A stretch of 64,000 nt of DNA from Gnetum montanum. Its lineage: Eukaryota > Plantae > Gnetophyta. The stretch lies in the NCBI GenBank assembly GCA_015680685.1, contig MNCI01000556.1:1127931-1191930 (forward strand). The letters run 5' to 3'. Below the pieces are notes generated by a model, which did no database searches, was not told the DNA's origin, and worked only from the letters and a program-made list of their open reading frames with translations. The translations under genes were made by a program, and so were the position numbers. Positions 63,001-64,000 of the stretch are shown one piece after another. Positions within the stretch are counted from its first letter, which is position 1. The number at the start of each line of letters is the position of its first letter.

Positions 63001-64000
63001 TGAGTCCCAACATTTCCAACATGCAAGGATCCAAACTTTTCATTTATTAATCCTCACCATACTCAATTGTTTAGTTATGGGGGATATCCCCCATTCTAAT
63101 AACAAGCAGGATTAATAAATATTTTTTCATTTTATTTACTTTTAATTTTTTTTTATTTTTTCACTTTTCAACTTATTTTCTTTTTTCCTTTTTATCTTTT
63201 TTATCTTTTTGTGAGTAATTTCATCTATGAATAAAACACTCATGTGACTCGTTGGTTGAGGTGTTGTTCTATGCTATCAAGTGTCAGGTAACTAATTATT
63301 TGGACAGCGAGCCCACAACATCCATTCACTCATTTTATTAACAAGAGGTTCTACTCTGGGTACAATGATATTATTGACATCATTAAAACTTAAAGTAACC
63401 TTGTGTTAGTATACCTAGAGTGAAGAAGGATGGACTAAGAAGAAATGACCAGGGTGTGACATCAAGGGGACTTGTGGATTCTCTTTAGTTACATTTGTGG
63501 AAGTTATCATGTAGCTTGATTGTACTAAGACCATTGTAGATCTAATGAAAAGTGGAAGTAAGAGTAATCAAAAGGCACTCAACTAGAAAAAAATAATAAT
63601 GCTATTCTAGGGGGTCCCATTGGAAAGACATGTACCCATGCCTAAAGGTAGGTGTCTTCTCTAGATTAAGCATTCAAAAAAAAAAAAGAGAGAGTGTGTG
63701 CCAAAGCTACCACACAAAAAGAACAAGAAAAAAAAAAACATGTGTGCTGCAAAGCAAAAAAAATCACTCCTCCCTTGAACAAAATGCCAAGTGATCGTAT
63801 GCCTTACTGTCATGGTGCTCTTATGGTTGTTCATCATTGGATGAAGCAATGTGATGTCACTAATTAGAGGAATGGACTTGGTCTTGATTTTGGAGTGAAA
63901 GGTCAATGACACATTAATCATGCCTTACACTAAGGATTTATTGTACCCTGAGTCAATTACCTCATGTTCCAATCGCTACAATCCCTTCTACAATTCACCT
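60088..64000 (+). mobile_element. Athila-like Gypsy element: 5' LTR 60088-60967, PBS, gag; no pol seen; runs off window
   Basis: PBS TTGGCACCATTGTCAAGGA resembles the tRNA-Asp-type TGGCGCCGTTGCCGGGGA. gag DPQQHLQAFYDAC...KLKLF...WY (61262-61798) is homologous to 9330-9800. Confidence 0.85.

Overview
Eukaryotic (land-plant-type) repeat-rich genomic DNA. About 90% is nested, decayed retrotransposons with many C>T-type stops (CAG>TAG, CGA>TGA). Four copies (A-D) of a Ty3/Gypsy Tat-like family with an extra archaeal-type RNase H are present, along with Athila-like Gypsy elements and solo LTRs, Ty1/Copia remnants, an L1 LINE and a small RTE-X-like LINE fragment. The only clear host gene is an intronless VQ-motif gene (47593-48729) carrying an unusual 33-aa tandem repeat. 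The most interesting system is inside the Tat-like family. There gag-protease and RT-RH-aRH-INT are separated by a 3-6 kb spacer that holds an antisense, intron-containing accessory gene. By manual translation it encodes an FCP1/NIF (HAD phosphatase-like) domain, a plant-mobile-domain-like region, a coiled-coil-like exon and an acidic tail. Arrays of a small hairpin with compensatory base changes, followed by AAACU, sit after each ORF and before pol. All domain calls are by eye, without database searches. The species cannot be determined from this window.
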